The notes under the pieces were generated by a model. That model saw nothing but the letters and a program-made list of their open reading frames with translations, had not been told where the DNA came from and searched no databases. From an uncultured delta proteobacterium (lineage in GTDB: Bacteria > Myxococcota_A > Polyangia > Fen-1088), in assembly GCA_963755125.1 (NCBI GenBank), contig CAVWIP010000008.1:96001-160000 (forward strand): 64,000 bases of DNA, in the 5' to 3' direction. This document shows, in pieces, positions 55,089 to 64,000 of the stretch. The position numbers and the translations under genes are program-made. Each line of letters opens with the position of its first letter. The first letter of the stretch is position 1.

Positions 55089-55172
55089 GACCAGCAGACT
55101 ACCATCAGATGCGCGGAAATCACCACCGCAGGGAGAAATGCCCGACCACGCCCGCGACCAGCCCTGCGCCGA

Positions 55173-56675
55173 TCAGGATCTGGCGGGGTCCACGACTTGC
55201 TCGCGTTCGTGGATCTCGTAGATCACGCGCGTGCACGCGGCCCGATCGTGCGGCGCCTGGCGGTGGCGGTCGAAAAGCGCGAATAGGGACCCGCCCAGCC
55301 ACGGAATTGCCACGACCAAGTTGGGCACCAACAACATGCGAAGCAGGGCCCCGGTGCTGCGATCCCACAAGGACACGTTGGCGCCCGCGATGTGATCCTT
55401 CACCGAGTCCAGGTCCGCGGCTGCGCCCCACTGCAAACCGATGATGGCCAGCGCCACCAGGGGACCCCAAAACTGGACCGCGAAGCGCAACAGCAAGTTG
55501 GCCACGCGCACGGGGCGGGTGGTGCCCACGATCCGCAATCCCAGCAGGCGCTTGCCGATGGTCTTGCCCCACAGGCGGTGAGAGAGGATGTAGTAGGCGC
55601 CAAAGAGCAGCAGGCAGATCTGCGCGGCCGCGTGCTGGGACAGCCCGAGCACCGCAGCCACTATCTGGCCGACCGGCGCGACCAACATCACGTCCACGGC
55701 CAGGGCAGCCGCACGCGGCACCAGGCCTCCCGCCACGCGCGGCTTGGGGCGCAGCGACTCCAAGCGCGCCAGCAGGTCCTGGTAGCTGCCAGGGCGCTTC
55801 TGCGGATCGGGGTCCATCATCTCGCAAATGAGATGGCGCAGTCGCCAGGGTGCGGCCTCGGCCGGGATGTCCGGTCGCGGGGCCTCGCGATGAAGCTGCA
55901 ACATGCCCCACAGGCTCTCGGCCTGAAACGGCACGCGGCCGGTGAGAAGCTCGTGGAAGGTTATGGCCAGCGCATACACGTCGCCGCGCATGCTCGGCCC
56001 TTCGCCCGCGATCTGCTCGGGCGCGGCGTAGTAGGGCGTGCCCACGAAGCCGCCATCGTCGGTGCCGGCCAGCGCGACCACGCCGAAGTCAGCCACCTTG
56101 ATCGCGTTGGCCTGCGCACCCGCCGGGATCGCGCCCAGCAGCAGGTTTGACGGCTTGATGTCCCGGTGGACCATGCCGCGCGCTTGGGCTGCGGCCAGCG
56201 CCCGCGTGGTCTGGATGATGTACTCCAGCGCCTCGCCCCAGGGCAGCGGCCCTTCGCGCTGGATGTGGTCGGCCAACGTGGCGCCAGGCACGTACTCCAT
56301 GGCGAAGTAGGGTGCGCCCTGAAAGCTGCCGATATAGTAGATGGTGACGACGCTGGGGTGCTGCAGGCAAGCCTGTGCCTGCGCCTCCATGATCAGCCGT
56401 TCGACCAGTCTTTGGTCGCTGGCCAGTTCCCGGCGCAGTACCTTGATGGCCACGGTTCGCCCCAACGAAACATCCTGTGCCAGGTAAACCGCGCCCATCC
56501 CGCCCTGTCCAAGCAACTCGCAGATCTGGAAGTGATCGATGCGCTGGCCGACCAGCGAGTCATCCGCTCGGGCGAGGTGGTCGCACCCCGGACCCTGCGC
56601 GTCGTAGGCCGTAGCCGCAAACGCCCGCTCCGCGCTAGGCGGCTCGTCGAGAGGGTTGGTCTGTTGCCAGGGCAT
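55173..56675 (-). CDS. Ser/Thr protein kinase with C-terminal RDD domain
   Basis: GQGGMGAV, HRDIKPSN, DFG; RAAALAVD, GKTIGKRLLGLR, HDRAACT. Confidence 0.92.
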   Translation of the reverse strand: MPWQQTNPLDEPPSAERAFAATAYDAQGPGCDHLARADDSLVGQRIDHFQICELLGQGGMGAVYLAQDVSLGRTVAIKVLRRELASDQRLVERLIMEAQAQACLQHPSVVTIYYIGSFQGAPYFAMEYVPGATLADHIQREGPLPWGEALEYIIQTTRALAAAQARGMVHRDIKPSNLLLGAIPAGAQANAIKVADFGVVALAGTDDGGFVGTPYYAAPEQIAGEGPSMRGDVYALAITFHELLTGRVPFQAESLWGMLQLHREAPRPDIPAEAAPWRLRHLICEMMDPDPQKRPGSYQDLLARLESLRPKPRVAGGLVPRAAALAVDVMLVAPVGQIVAAVLGLSQHAAAQICLLLFGAYYILSHRLWGKTIGKRLLGLRIVGTTRPVRVANLLLRFAVQFWGPLVALAIIGLQWGAAADLDSVKDHIAGANVSLWDRSTGALLRMLLVPNLVVAIPWLGGSLFALFDRHRQAPHDRAACTRVIYEIHEREQVVDPARS

Positions 56676-56730
56676 GGCTCAGTGCGATCTTAGCCCCGAC
56701 CCCGCGATCGCGGAATTTTCTGACATCTTG

Positions 56731-56930
56731 ATGGGAACCCTGGGAGGGTTCGCTTCGCCCTTCGGCTCCCCACGCCCACACCCACCCCACTCGCTGCGCT
56801 CGGCCTCGCCAAACCCTCCCGCGACGGTCCGCGGCGAGCACCGAGGGCGCGCGCGAAGCGCGCGGGGTGGGCAGGGTGGCGGGCCGTCCCGAAGTCCCCG
56901 CAGGGGGAGCTCGCCGGCTCCCCACGCGAT
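56731..56930 (-). repeat. Palindromic dispersed element, copy 5 (longest, with 69-nt internal insert)
   Basis: Reverse complement reads ATCGCGTGGGGAGCC-GGCGAGC-[69 nt]-GCTCGCC...GAACCCT-CCC-AGGGTTC-CCAT. Confidence 0.9.
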
Positions 56931-57868
56931 TACATTTCTTCGGCGGCGTCTCGTAACGGCAAGAACCTGGCGCCCAATCTGCGCGCTTGCTCCAGAGTTG
57001 CGTCGAGCGCGGCCAGCTTGCGCACCAGCGGAACGCGCAGGTCGGGCTGCTTGGCCACCAGTGCGGCAGGCAATCCATCAGCCCCGGCGTCGGCCAGATC
57101 GATGCCGTGCAGTTCCAGATTGAAAAACGGGCTACCCAGCGCTGCGGCCGTGAGACGCCGCCGCAACCATTCCGGCGCGATGACCAACGTGGTGCCAATG
57201 ACGTGCAGCCGCAGCCAAGGGGTCACGGCTATGGGCAGTTCCACGATCGGCTGGTCGCCGCGCCGATAGGGCGAGCTGGCCGAGGGCCGGTAGGGCTCGC
57301 GCGGCGCCCGCAAGACCGACGGGCTGCCCAGGATGCTGCCCGAACGCCGGCCCGCTAGACGGATCACCCCCAGCACGGCAGCCTTGGCCAGATAATAGGG
57401 TATAGCGGGGAAGGTCGACGAGTCGTAGCGATAGCCGCGTCGGCAGAGCAGATCGATCACCTCAGCCGATATCTCGTAGCCAGGCGCGCGGAAGCCGACC
57501 GGCGGTCGCCCACAAACCGCGGCGATGGCAGCGTGGGCCCGATCGATCTCCTCCGCGATGCGCGAACGGGGAAGCCGGACTAGGTCGTAGGGGTGCGTGT
57601 GCGTGTGGCTGGCCAACTCGTGACCAGCGCTGGCTAGGTCGGCCAACATGCGGCGTCCCTCGGCGTCTTCTTCGAGGTCGCGCCCGACCACGAAAAAGGT
57701 GGCGCGGACGCCGTGGCGGTCAAACAGGTCAGCCAGGCGAGGCAGGCACCGGCGCAGAATGACATGCCGGATCTCATCGGCCGGGCCGCCGGGCAAAGCA
57801 TGGATCCGAAAATAGCACTCGATGGGATCGAGGTCGACGGAGACAGAGACGACAGGGCCGGCCGACAC
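56930..57868 (-). CDS. Polysaccharide deacetylase (CE4/NodB family)
   Basis: SVDLD, ATFFVVG, GHELASHTHTH, GFRAPGY, YDSS. Confidence 0.92.
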   Translation of the reverse strand: MSAGPVVSVSVDLDPIECYFRIHALPGGPADEIRHVILRRCLPRLADLFDRHGVRATFFVVGRDLEEDAEGRRMLADLASAGHELASHTHTHPYDLVRLPRSRIAEEIDRAHAAIAAVCGRPPVGFRAPGYEISAEVIDLLCRRGYRYDSSTFPAIPYYLAKAAVLGVIRLAGRRSGSILGSPSVLRAPREPYRPSASSPYRRGDQPIVELPIAVTPWLRLHVIGTTLVIAPEWLRRRLTAAALGSPFFNLELHGIDLADAGADGLPAALVAKQPDLRVPLVRKLAALDATLEQARRLGARFLPLRDAAEEM

Positions 57869-57912
57869 GCGGCTATCGTACCAGACGGCTGGTCCCTGGT
57901 AATCTCGCCTCG

Positions 57913-59676
57913 ATGCCTGCCTATACACCTCTTCGCTATCGGGTCGCCATGCCCGAGCCGCACAGCCACGAGTTTCACGTCACCTTGGACATTCCCTGCT
58001 TGCCCGACCGTCCGGTCCTGGATCTAGTTTTTCCCGCGTGGACACCAGGCAGCTACATGGTGCGGGATTTCTCCCGGCACATCTATCAACTGATCATCGC
58101 GGGCGATGGTCGCGCCCTGCCCTGCGAGCGGCTGGACAAACTGCGCTGGCGGGTGCAGACCGGCGGCCGGCCGGTTCACGTCAGCTACCGTGTCTTCGCC
58201 TTCGAGCAAAGCGTGCGCACCTCGTTCCTTGACCAGGATCGTGGCTTCCTAAGCGGCACGAGCCTTTTCTTTCTTGTGGACGGCGAAGAGACCCGTCCCT
58301 GCCTGCTCGATGTCGAACCACCAACAGACTGGCGCGTCAGCACCGCCTTGCCGGCGGTCCGTGGGGCTCGCCATTGCTTTCGCGCCGGCTGCTACGACGA
58401 ACTGGTGGATGCGCCGGTGGAAATCGGCAGGCACCGCCTCTACGCTTTTCGCCACGATGGCACGCGCTTCGAAGTGGCCTTCGCCGGCCCCACCAACGCC
58501 GACATTCCGAGCCTGCTGGCCCACTTGCGGCGCATTGTGGCTGCGACCGGCGCGCTCTTCGGCGGGTTCCCTTTCGACCGCTACCTGTTCACCATCCACG
58601 CCTTGCCCGAAAGGGGCGGCGGGCTGGAGCACGCTGGCTCGTGCACGCTCGACATCGCCGGCATGGCTTTCGAGGACGAAAAGGCCACCCAGCGCTTCGA
58701 CGAGTTGGCCGCGCACGAGTTCTTCCACGCCTGGAACGTCAAGCGCATTCGCGACCGGATCCTCGGGCCCTTCGACTACACCGCCGAGAACTACACGCGG
58801 CTGCTCTGGTTTCACGAGGGCTTCACCGAGTACATGCAGTCCATCATCTTGCTGCGCGCCGGTCTGCTCACGCCCGAGCGCTACTTGAAGGACCTGGGCG
58901 AAGAATGGGCCAAGTACGCCGGGCGACCCGGCCGCAACGTCACGCCTCTTTCCGAGCTGTCCTTCGAGGCGTGGATCAAGCAGTACAAACCCGCCGACAA
59001 CCACGCCAACCGCGCGGTCAGCTACTACGAGAAGGGCAAGTGGGCAGCCCTGTTGCTGGACCTCGTGCTCCGGCAGGCGACGCAGGGCCGGCGGGGGTTG
59101 CCCCACGTGTTCCGGCGCCTGTGGCAAAGCCACGGCCGGCGTGGCCGGTCCATCACGGCCGCCGACATTCGCGCGGTTGCCGAGTCGGTCGGGCGCTGTT
59201 CTCTCAGTTCATATTTCTCACGCTATATCGACGGGACCGCCAATCTGCCCCTGCCCTCCTGGCTGCGCCGAGCAGGTCTGCTGGCCACGGCCCGGTCGCC
59301 CGCGCAGGCGGAACGCGACGACCGGGTGAAGGCGCGGCGGCAGCAGGCCTGGGCCGGACTCAGCTTCGCCTCGGGCGAGGCCGCCGTGGTCAAGAACGTG
59401 ATCCCGGATTCGCCGGCCTGGCGGGCCGGGCTGACCTTCCGGGACGAGATCGTGGCGGTCAACCAGCATCGCGTGGATGCCTCGACGGTGGGCAAGCGGC
59501 TGGCCGACTGCGCCCCTGGGCAGACCGCGACGGTCGCGTTCTTCCGCCAGGAAATCCTGCGCACGACCAGCCTGCACCTGGTGCGCACGCCCGAACGCAA
59601 GTGGGTCTTTGCGATCGATCCCGCGGCATCGCCGGCCCGACGACGGATGCGCCACGCCTGGCTGCGTGGGTTCTAG
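57913..59676 (+). CDS. M61 glycyl aminopeptidase with PDZ domain
   Basis: WTPGSY, GGLEH, HEFFHAWNVKR, LWFHEGFT, SYYEKG, PDZ (SPAWRAGL). Confidence 0.95.
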   Translation: MPAYTPLRYRVAMPEPHSHEFHVTLDIPCLPDRPVLDLVFPAWTPGSYMVRDFSRHIYQLIIAGDGRALPCERLDKLRWRVQTGGRPVHVSYRVFAFEQSVRTSFLDQDRGFLSGTSLFFLVDGEETRPCLLDVEPPTDWRVSTALPAVRGARHCFRAGCYDELVDAPVEIGRHRLYAFRHDGTRFEVAFAGPTNADIPSLLAHLRRIVAATGALFGGFPFDRYLFTIHALPERGGGLEHAGSCTLDIAGMAFEDEKATQRFDELAAHEFFHAWNVKRIRDRILGPFDYTAENYTRLLWFHEGFTEYMQSIILLRAGLLTPERYLKDLGEEWAKYAGRPGRNVTPLSELSFEAWIKQYKPADNHANRAVSYYEKGKWAALLLDLVLRQATQGRRGLPHVFRRLWQSHGRRGRSITAADIRAVAESVGRCSLSSYFSRYIDGTANLPLPSWLRRAGLLATARSPAQAERDDRVKARRQQAWAGLSFASGEAAVVKNVIPDSPAWRAGLTFRDEIVAVNQHRVDASTVGKRLADCAPGQTATVAFFRQEILRTTSLHLVRTPERKWVFAIDPAASPARRRMRHAWLRGF

Positions 59677-59678
59677 GC

Positions 59679-59708
59679 AAAAAAACGGGGTACCGAAGTA
59701 CCCCGTTT
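59679..59708 (-). terminator. Rho-independent terminator
   Basis: Minus strand AAACGGGGTAC-TTCG-GTACCCCG-TTTTTTT downstream of the 59728..60573 gene. Confidence 0.85.
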
Positions 59709-59727
59709 CGATGGATGGACGCCGCGA

Positions 59728-60573
59728 TTAGTTCCCGAACACGATGCTGTTGAGGCAGAAGCCGGACACGGTGTATGCGTTGGTGAGATCCGAAGAGATC
59801 TGTACGCCGACCTTGTCGATGTTGGGAACGTCCGTCGCGAGCAAGGCAGTGCCGCTGTTGTCCCAGCATGCCGTGTTGAAGCTGGTGAGCGGGATAGGCG
59901 CGCCAGATGTCGTTATGGTGGCGCAGTAGGGATTCGCCGTTGCAGTCATGCTGACGAGGTGAATGATGGCCCGGATGGCGGTATTTGCCGGTGTTACCGC
60001 AGAAGGGTTGATGTTGAGCGCGATAGTGGAGTAGCTGGTGCCGAGGGTCGTGCCGGGCGGGTTGCTGGTGTTCACGCCGATTTGAAGCCCCCAGTCGGCG
60101 GTATAGTCACCAGTTGGAAAAGCTGTATCGTCCTGCACTTTGGGGATGCTGCCGGAAATGCAAAGGGCGGTGGCAGAGTCCCAGACCGTCTGGCCCGTCG
60201 TCGGACAAGGCGTGGTGTTGCTGATCTGTTGCGTCGACGCGCCGGCAGTCGCGGTCGGGTTGCAGACCGGATCACTGATGCTGTCCTGTGGGCCAAGCGC
60301 AACGTAGGCGTACCCTGTCATCGGCCCTTGGGCCTGTCCCGAGCTGAACGTGACGGTGTTGCCGCCAGCGGCGGGGCTTCCGCCGGCAGCGGTCGTGCCG
60401 CCGGTGGCGGGCGTGCCGCCAGCGTGCGTGCCAGCAGCAGCGGACGAGCCGCCGCTGCCGCCAGTGTTGTCGCTGCTCGCGCAGGAGGTCGTGAATGTCG
60501 CGAAAACGGCACACACAGCGAGCGAAGCCAAAGCAAGACTAACCTTTACGATCGTTCTGTTCCTTGCGTTCAT
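59728..60573 (-). CDS. Lipoprotein with Gly/Thr linker and beta-sandwich (possibly carbohydrate-binding) domain
   Basis: Lipobox FTTSC; GGT repeats; IPLTSFNTACWD...IDKVGVQI; RBS GAGAGGG. Confidence 0.7.
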   Translation of the reverse strand: MNARNRTIVKVSLALASLAVCAVFATFTTSCASSDNTGGSGGSSAAAGTHAGGTPATGGTTAAGGSPAAGGNTVTFSSGQAQGPMTGYAYVALGPQDSISDPVCNPTATAGASTQQISNTTPCPTTGQTVWDSATALCISGSIPKVQDDTAFPTGDYTADWGLQIGVNTSNPPGTTLGTSYSTIALNINPSAVTPANTAIRAIIHLVSMTATANPYCATITTSGAPIPLTSFNTACWDNSGTALLATDVPNIDKVGVQISSDLTNAYTVSGFCLNSIVFGN

Positions 60574-60901
60574 GTCACCCTCTCGGTTGGTGTTTGCGTA
60601 TTCAATAGCAGAGCGGCCTGATATGGGAAAATATATCTGACCGAATTCTCAAGTTCTTGCGTGCAACGCAACGCGCTTGCATTGGCCTCACGGCTCAGTC
60701 CTGTCGCGTCATGGTAGGCGGCGCATCCGATGACGTGTGTTCCCTGGCCGATGTCAGTCCCGACCTGCTCGACAAGATCGGCCTGCACGATATAGCTACC
60801 CGCATCGGTCATGCGAAACGATAACAAGAAGATGTGCCCGTAGCTCCGTGGATTGGGGAAGTCGTTCTGCCAGTGAAACCCATGTAGACTGCGCCTCCAT
60901 C

Positions 60902-61738
60902 ATGAAACTATCTGCCGGCCTTCATGACCGTGTACGGGTGGCTGCGGAGGCCGTCCGCCAGCACCTGGGCGCGACGGGTGCCCAGGTGGCCATCGTGCTC
61001 GGCTCGGGCCTGACCGCGGCCGGCGCGGCTCTGGCCGACGTGCGCTCCATCGACTACGCCCAGCTCCCGTGTTTTCCCGAGACCACGGTGGCGGGCCATC
61101 CAGGGCGACTCCTCTTTGGCCGCATGGCTGGCAAAAATACCGTCGTGCTGTGTGGTCGGGTTCATGCCTACGAGGGCTATGCGCCGGCCGAGATCGGCTT
61201 CGGCGTGCGGGTGGCCGCAGCACTGGGCGCAACCACGGTGGTGGTGACCAACGTGGCGGGCGGCATCGAGCCGAGCCTGGCCGTGGGTGAGATCGTTTGC
61301 ATCCGCGATCACCTGAATCTGACCGGCCTGTCGCCCCTGGCCGGTGCCAACGACGAGCGCCTAGGCCCTCGTTTCGTGGACATGACCGACACCTACACGC
61401 CGGCCTTGCGCGTCCTAGCGGCGCAGGCAGCACAGACGGCGTGGGGCAAGCCCTTGCGTGAAGGCATCTACGCGGGCATGTGCGGCCCGTCCTACGAGAC
61501 ACCTGCGGAGGTGCGGATGCTGCGCATCCTGGGCGCGGATCTGGTGGGCATGTCCACCGTCCATGAGGTCATCGCCGCGCGCCACGCGGGCCTGAAGGTT
61601 CTCGGCCTGTCACTGGTGGCCAACCCGGCTGCCGGCATCCTGAGCACGCCGCTCCGGCACGAGGACGTGACCAGCGCGGCAGCGGGCGGCGCCGCCCGCA
61701 TGGGCGAGTTGCTGGAGGCGGTGGTGGCAAGACTGTAG
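60902..61738 (+). CDS. Purine nucleoside phosphorylase (trimeric PNP type)
   Basis: IVLGSGL, GHPG, GRVHAYEG, GPSYETPAE, VGMSTV, NPAAG. Confidence 0.95.
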   Translation: MKLSAGLHDRVRVAAEAVRQHLGATGAQVAIVLGSGLTAAGAALADVRSIDYAQLPCFPETTVAGHPGRLLFGRMAGKNTVVLCGRVHAYEGYAPAEIGFGVRVAAALGATTVVVTNVAGGIEPSLAVGEIVCIRDHLNLTGLSPLAGANDERLGPRFVDMTDTYTPALRVLAAQAAQTAWGKPLREGIYAGMCGPSYETPAEVRMLRILGADLVGMSTVHEVIAARHAGLKVLGLSLVANPAAGILSTPLRHEDVTSAAAGGAARMGELLEAVVARL

Positions 61739-61774
61739 TCTTTCTGGCGCTTGCCAGTGCTATGGTGCCGGGCC

Positions 61775-63808
61775 ATGCCTGCCATCCGCACCGACGAGCT
61801 GATGGCTCGTATTGCGTCCTACGAGGAGGGCCCCTTTCCGCAGAAGGATCACTTCCACGCCGCGCTGGCGCCCTGGAAGGATCGCCTCGACGAGAACGCT
61901 CTCTTTGTGCTGACCGCAGCCCTGCGCAAGAGCGACCGCCGGCGCGCGCGCCTGGTGGCCGAGGCGCTGGGCTGGCTGGCGGGCCCTCCCTGCGGGCCGC
62001 TGCTGGTGCCGGTCATGCTCGACCCCGGAGCGCCGCTGCACCAGCGCGCCGCCGCCGCTGCGGCCATTCAGGAATATGCCCCAGGCATCACCCACACCCT
62101 GTCGTCTGACGAGCGGGGTGTGTTGCTGGAACTTCCCGTGCGCGAGATGGTTTCCGAGGCAGGCGACGATTCCTTCGCGGCCGAGGCCATTCGCGCCGCC
62201 TATCGAGCCACACCGGCACAGGATCGCAGCGGCTTCTCGCAGGCTCTGGTCCACCTGGCGGGCTCGGACGCCAGCCGTGTGACCGTGGTGCTGGGTCACC
62301 TGCTGGCTGTCGAGGAAGACCCCGAGCGGCGCCGGGAACTGATTGCCCTTCTCGGCGCCAACCCCAGCCAGGAGGCGGCGGACTTCCTGGCTGGGCTTGC
62401 CGCGACTACCAAGGATGTCAGCGAGGCGAGCGTGACGACGCGCTTGCTGGAAGCGCTGCACACGCAGGGCTTCGCGGGCAAGGTCAAGCCAGTCTGGCGA
62501 GAGGTGACCTGTTTCGCCACCGGCTCCGACGGTGATTCGTGCTTCGCCCTGACCTTCGTGATCCCGCGGCCGCCCGCCTTCACCCTGGTGCACTTTCTCA
62601 TCAGCCTGGTGGACGGCGTGCGCGACGCCATGGTGCATGCCCCCGCCAGTGGGCGCGAGGCAGAGGAGTTCGTCGCGCGCGAGCGCGAAATGATGACGCC
62701 CCTGTCAGGCGATGTGCCGATCGAGGTTGGGCTCAGCATCCTGCAGGAAGCACTCGAGCGCTCGCGGCCGGCGCGTCCTAACGAGGAGCCGGACGTCCAG
62801 TTCGCGTTGCGCGCGATGCAACCCATGCTGGCTGGCGCGCGCGCCCTTCCCGATCCCCTGCCTGCACGCAGACATGTGTCCGCGAACGCGCTGCGCGGCC
62901 TGCTCACCAGTCCCGGCTTCGAGTACTGGTACCTGGAGCCCGGAGAGGAAGTCATGCGTCCGGCCCTCGCGGTCATCAGCCGCCCCAGCCGGGCCAAGAC
63001 CAGCCGCGGCCTGGAAAGCGAGATGACCCGGCGTCTGGACAAGGTGATGCCGGTCCTGCTCGAGCGCATGGTGGCCACCGGCGAAATCGAGCGGGTTGGC
63101 CGGATGCTGCGCCACCAGGCACGGGTGCTGCGCGCAGCCGGGGAAGACAAGCGAGCCAAGCTCTGCCTGCAGGTGGCCGCCAACATGGCGGCCGGCAATC
63201 CCGAGTTTCTCGTCCACCTGGCCATGCGATCGCTGGCCGTCGCCGCCGAAGCCACCGCGGCCGAACCCCGGCACACGCGCGGACGCGAACAGGAGGGTCG
63301 AGATTCGCTGCTCCATCGCATCGAGGAAGGTGCCACGCGCATCACGCTGCGCGAGGTGGCCGAGTTGGACCTGTCCGCGGAAATCTACCAGGCGGTCAAC
63401 GAAGCCAATCGCGCGGCGCCCTCTGCTCGGCGCTCGTCGCTGGCATCCATCGAGCAAGCGGCACTTGCCTTCGCCCGCCACTTCCTCAAGTGGCTGGAAG
63501 GACGGGCGGCCGACCCCGAGCCAAGCGAGCCCGAGGTGGTCGAGTTGGTCACCGGGTTGCGCAACCTGCTGGTGGAGAAAGGCGTGGTGGATCCGGCCTA
63601 CCGTCTGGACGCTGCGGGCGAGGCCGCTGCCGCCGCCCTGAACTTCGTCGAGCATCACTGCCGAGGCGACTGCCCGCATCGATGCCTGGATTTGGGCGAC
63701 CACGACGGCCAACTGCTGTTCTTTTCGCGGCCGCCTTTGTGGGAGGTCCGTCCCGAGGATCTGCGAACCCACGCGAACCTCGACCGCAGCAAGCGGCCCC
63801 AGGCGTGA
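61775..63808 (+). CDS. Large helical hypothetical protein (HEAT-like N-terminus, Cys-rich C-terminus)
   Basis: Long ORF with genome-typical codons; HHCRGDCPHRC near the end. Confidence 0.7.
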   Translation: MPAIRTDELMARIASYEEGPFPQKDHFHAALAPWKDRLDENALFVLTAALRKSDRRRARLVAEALGWLAGPPCGPLLVPVMLDPGAPLHQRAAAAAAIQEYAPGITHTLSSDERGVLLELPVREMVSEAGDDSFAAEAIRAAYRATPAQDRSGFSQALVHLAGSDASRVTVVLGHLLAVEEDPERRRELIALLGANPSQEAADFLAGLAATTKDVSEASVTTRLLEALHTQGFAGKVKPVWREVTCFATGSDGDSCFALTFVIPRPPAFTLVHFLISLVDGVRDAMVHAPASGREAEEFVAREREMMTPLSGDVPIEVGLSILQEALERSRPARPNEEPDVQFALRAMQPMLAGARALPDPLPARRHVSANALRGLLTSPGFEYWYLEPGEEVMRPALAVISRPSRAKTSRGLESEMTRRLDKVMPVLLERMVATGEIERVGRMLRHQARVLRAAGEDKRAKLCLQVAANMAAGNPEFLVHLAMRSLAVAAEATAAEPRHTRGREQEGRDSLLHRIEEGATRITLREVAELDLSAEIYQAVNEANRAAPSARRSSLASIEQAALAFARHFLKWLEGRAADPEPSEPEVVELVTGLRNLLVEKGVVDPAYRLDAAGEAAAAALNFVEHHCRGDCPHRCLDLGDHDGQLLFFSRPPLWEVRPEDLRTHANLDRSKRPQA

Positions 63809-63873
63809 GCCGGAAAAACGCCAGGTAACATTGCAGCGATTCGTGTCATCCTAGCCAAGCAAGGAGGAGGACC

Positions 63874-64000
63874 GTGGAACACAAGCTGCCTGAACTTCCC
63901 TACGCCAAGGACGCATTGGCCCCACACATTTCGAAGGAAACCATCGAGTACCACTACGGCAAACACCATGCGACCTATGTGGCCAACCTGAACAAGCTCA
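63874..64000 (+). CDS. sodB: Fe/Mn superoxide dismutase, N-terminus (runs off window)
   Basis: GTG start reads [54 protein letters not shown]. Confidence 0.93.
   Translation, partial: MEHKLPELPYAKDALAPHISKETIEYHYGKHHATYVANLNKL

Noticed and set aside
60574..60901. Long intergenic region as ncRNA or sigma54 promoter
   Set aside because: No convincing tRNA, riboswitch or -24/-12 motif seen; probably ordinary divergent promoters

Overview
High-GC bacterial window with about 57 protein genes. The gene content (PEGA Ser/Thr kinases, Gly/Thr-linker lipoproteins, sigma54 regulator, conserved deltaproteobacterial hypotheticals) points to a Myxococcota/Polyangia-like organism (inference). Most of it is housekeeping: lon, rlmD, lgt, trmH-like, hemW-hrcA-grpE-dnaK-dnaJ, iscS-thiI-larE, serA, dnaE, mutH-like, leuA, pgeF-rluD, a glycan-modification cluster, larBC, PNP and sodB. 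I saw no rRNA, tRNA, CRISPR array, integrase or transposase. The most unusual signal is a dispersed, modular palindromic element of about 75-200 bp, with 5 copies bounded by TCGCGTGGGGAGCC...CCAT. Its two 7-bp hairpins co-vary between copies. Two copies sit inside protein-coding frames (rlmD, trmH-like), and one sits in the loop of another hairpin with a 6-bp target duplication. Other points: decayed defence/TA remnants (RloA/RloB-like, VapC), a MutH homologue with altered recognition residues, several apparent pseudo-enzymes, an SLT-like lipoprotein, and repeated signs of leaderless transcription. All protein calls come from motif recognition by eye; no database searches were run.
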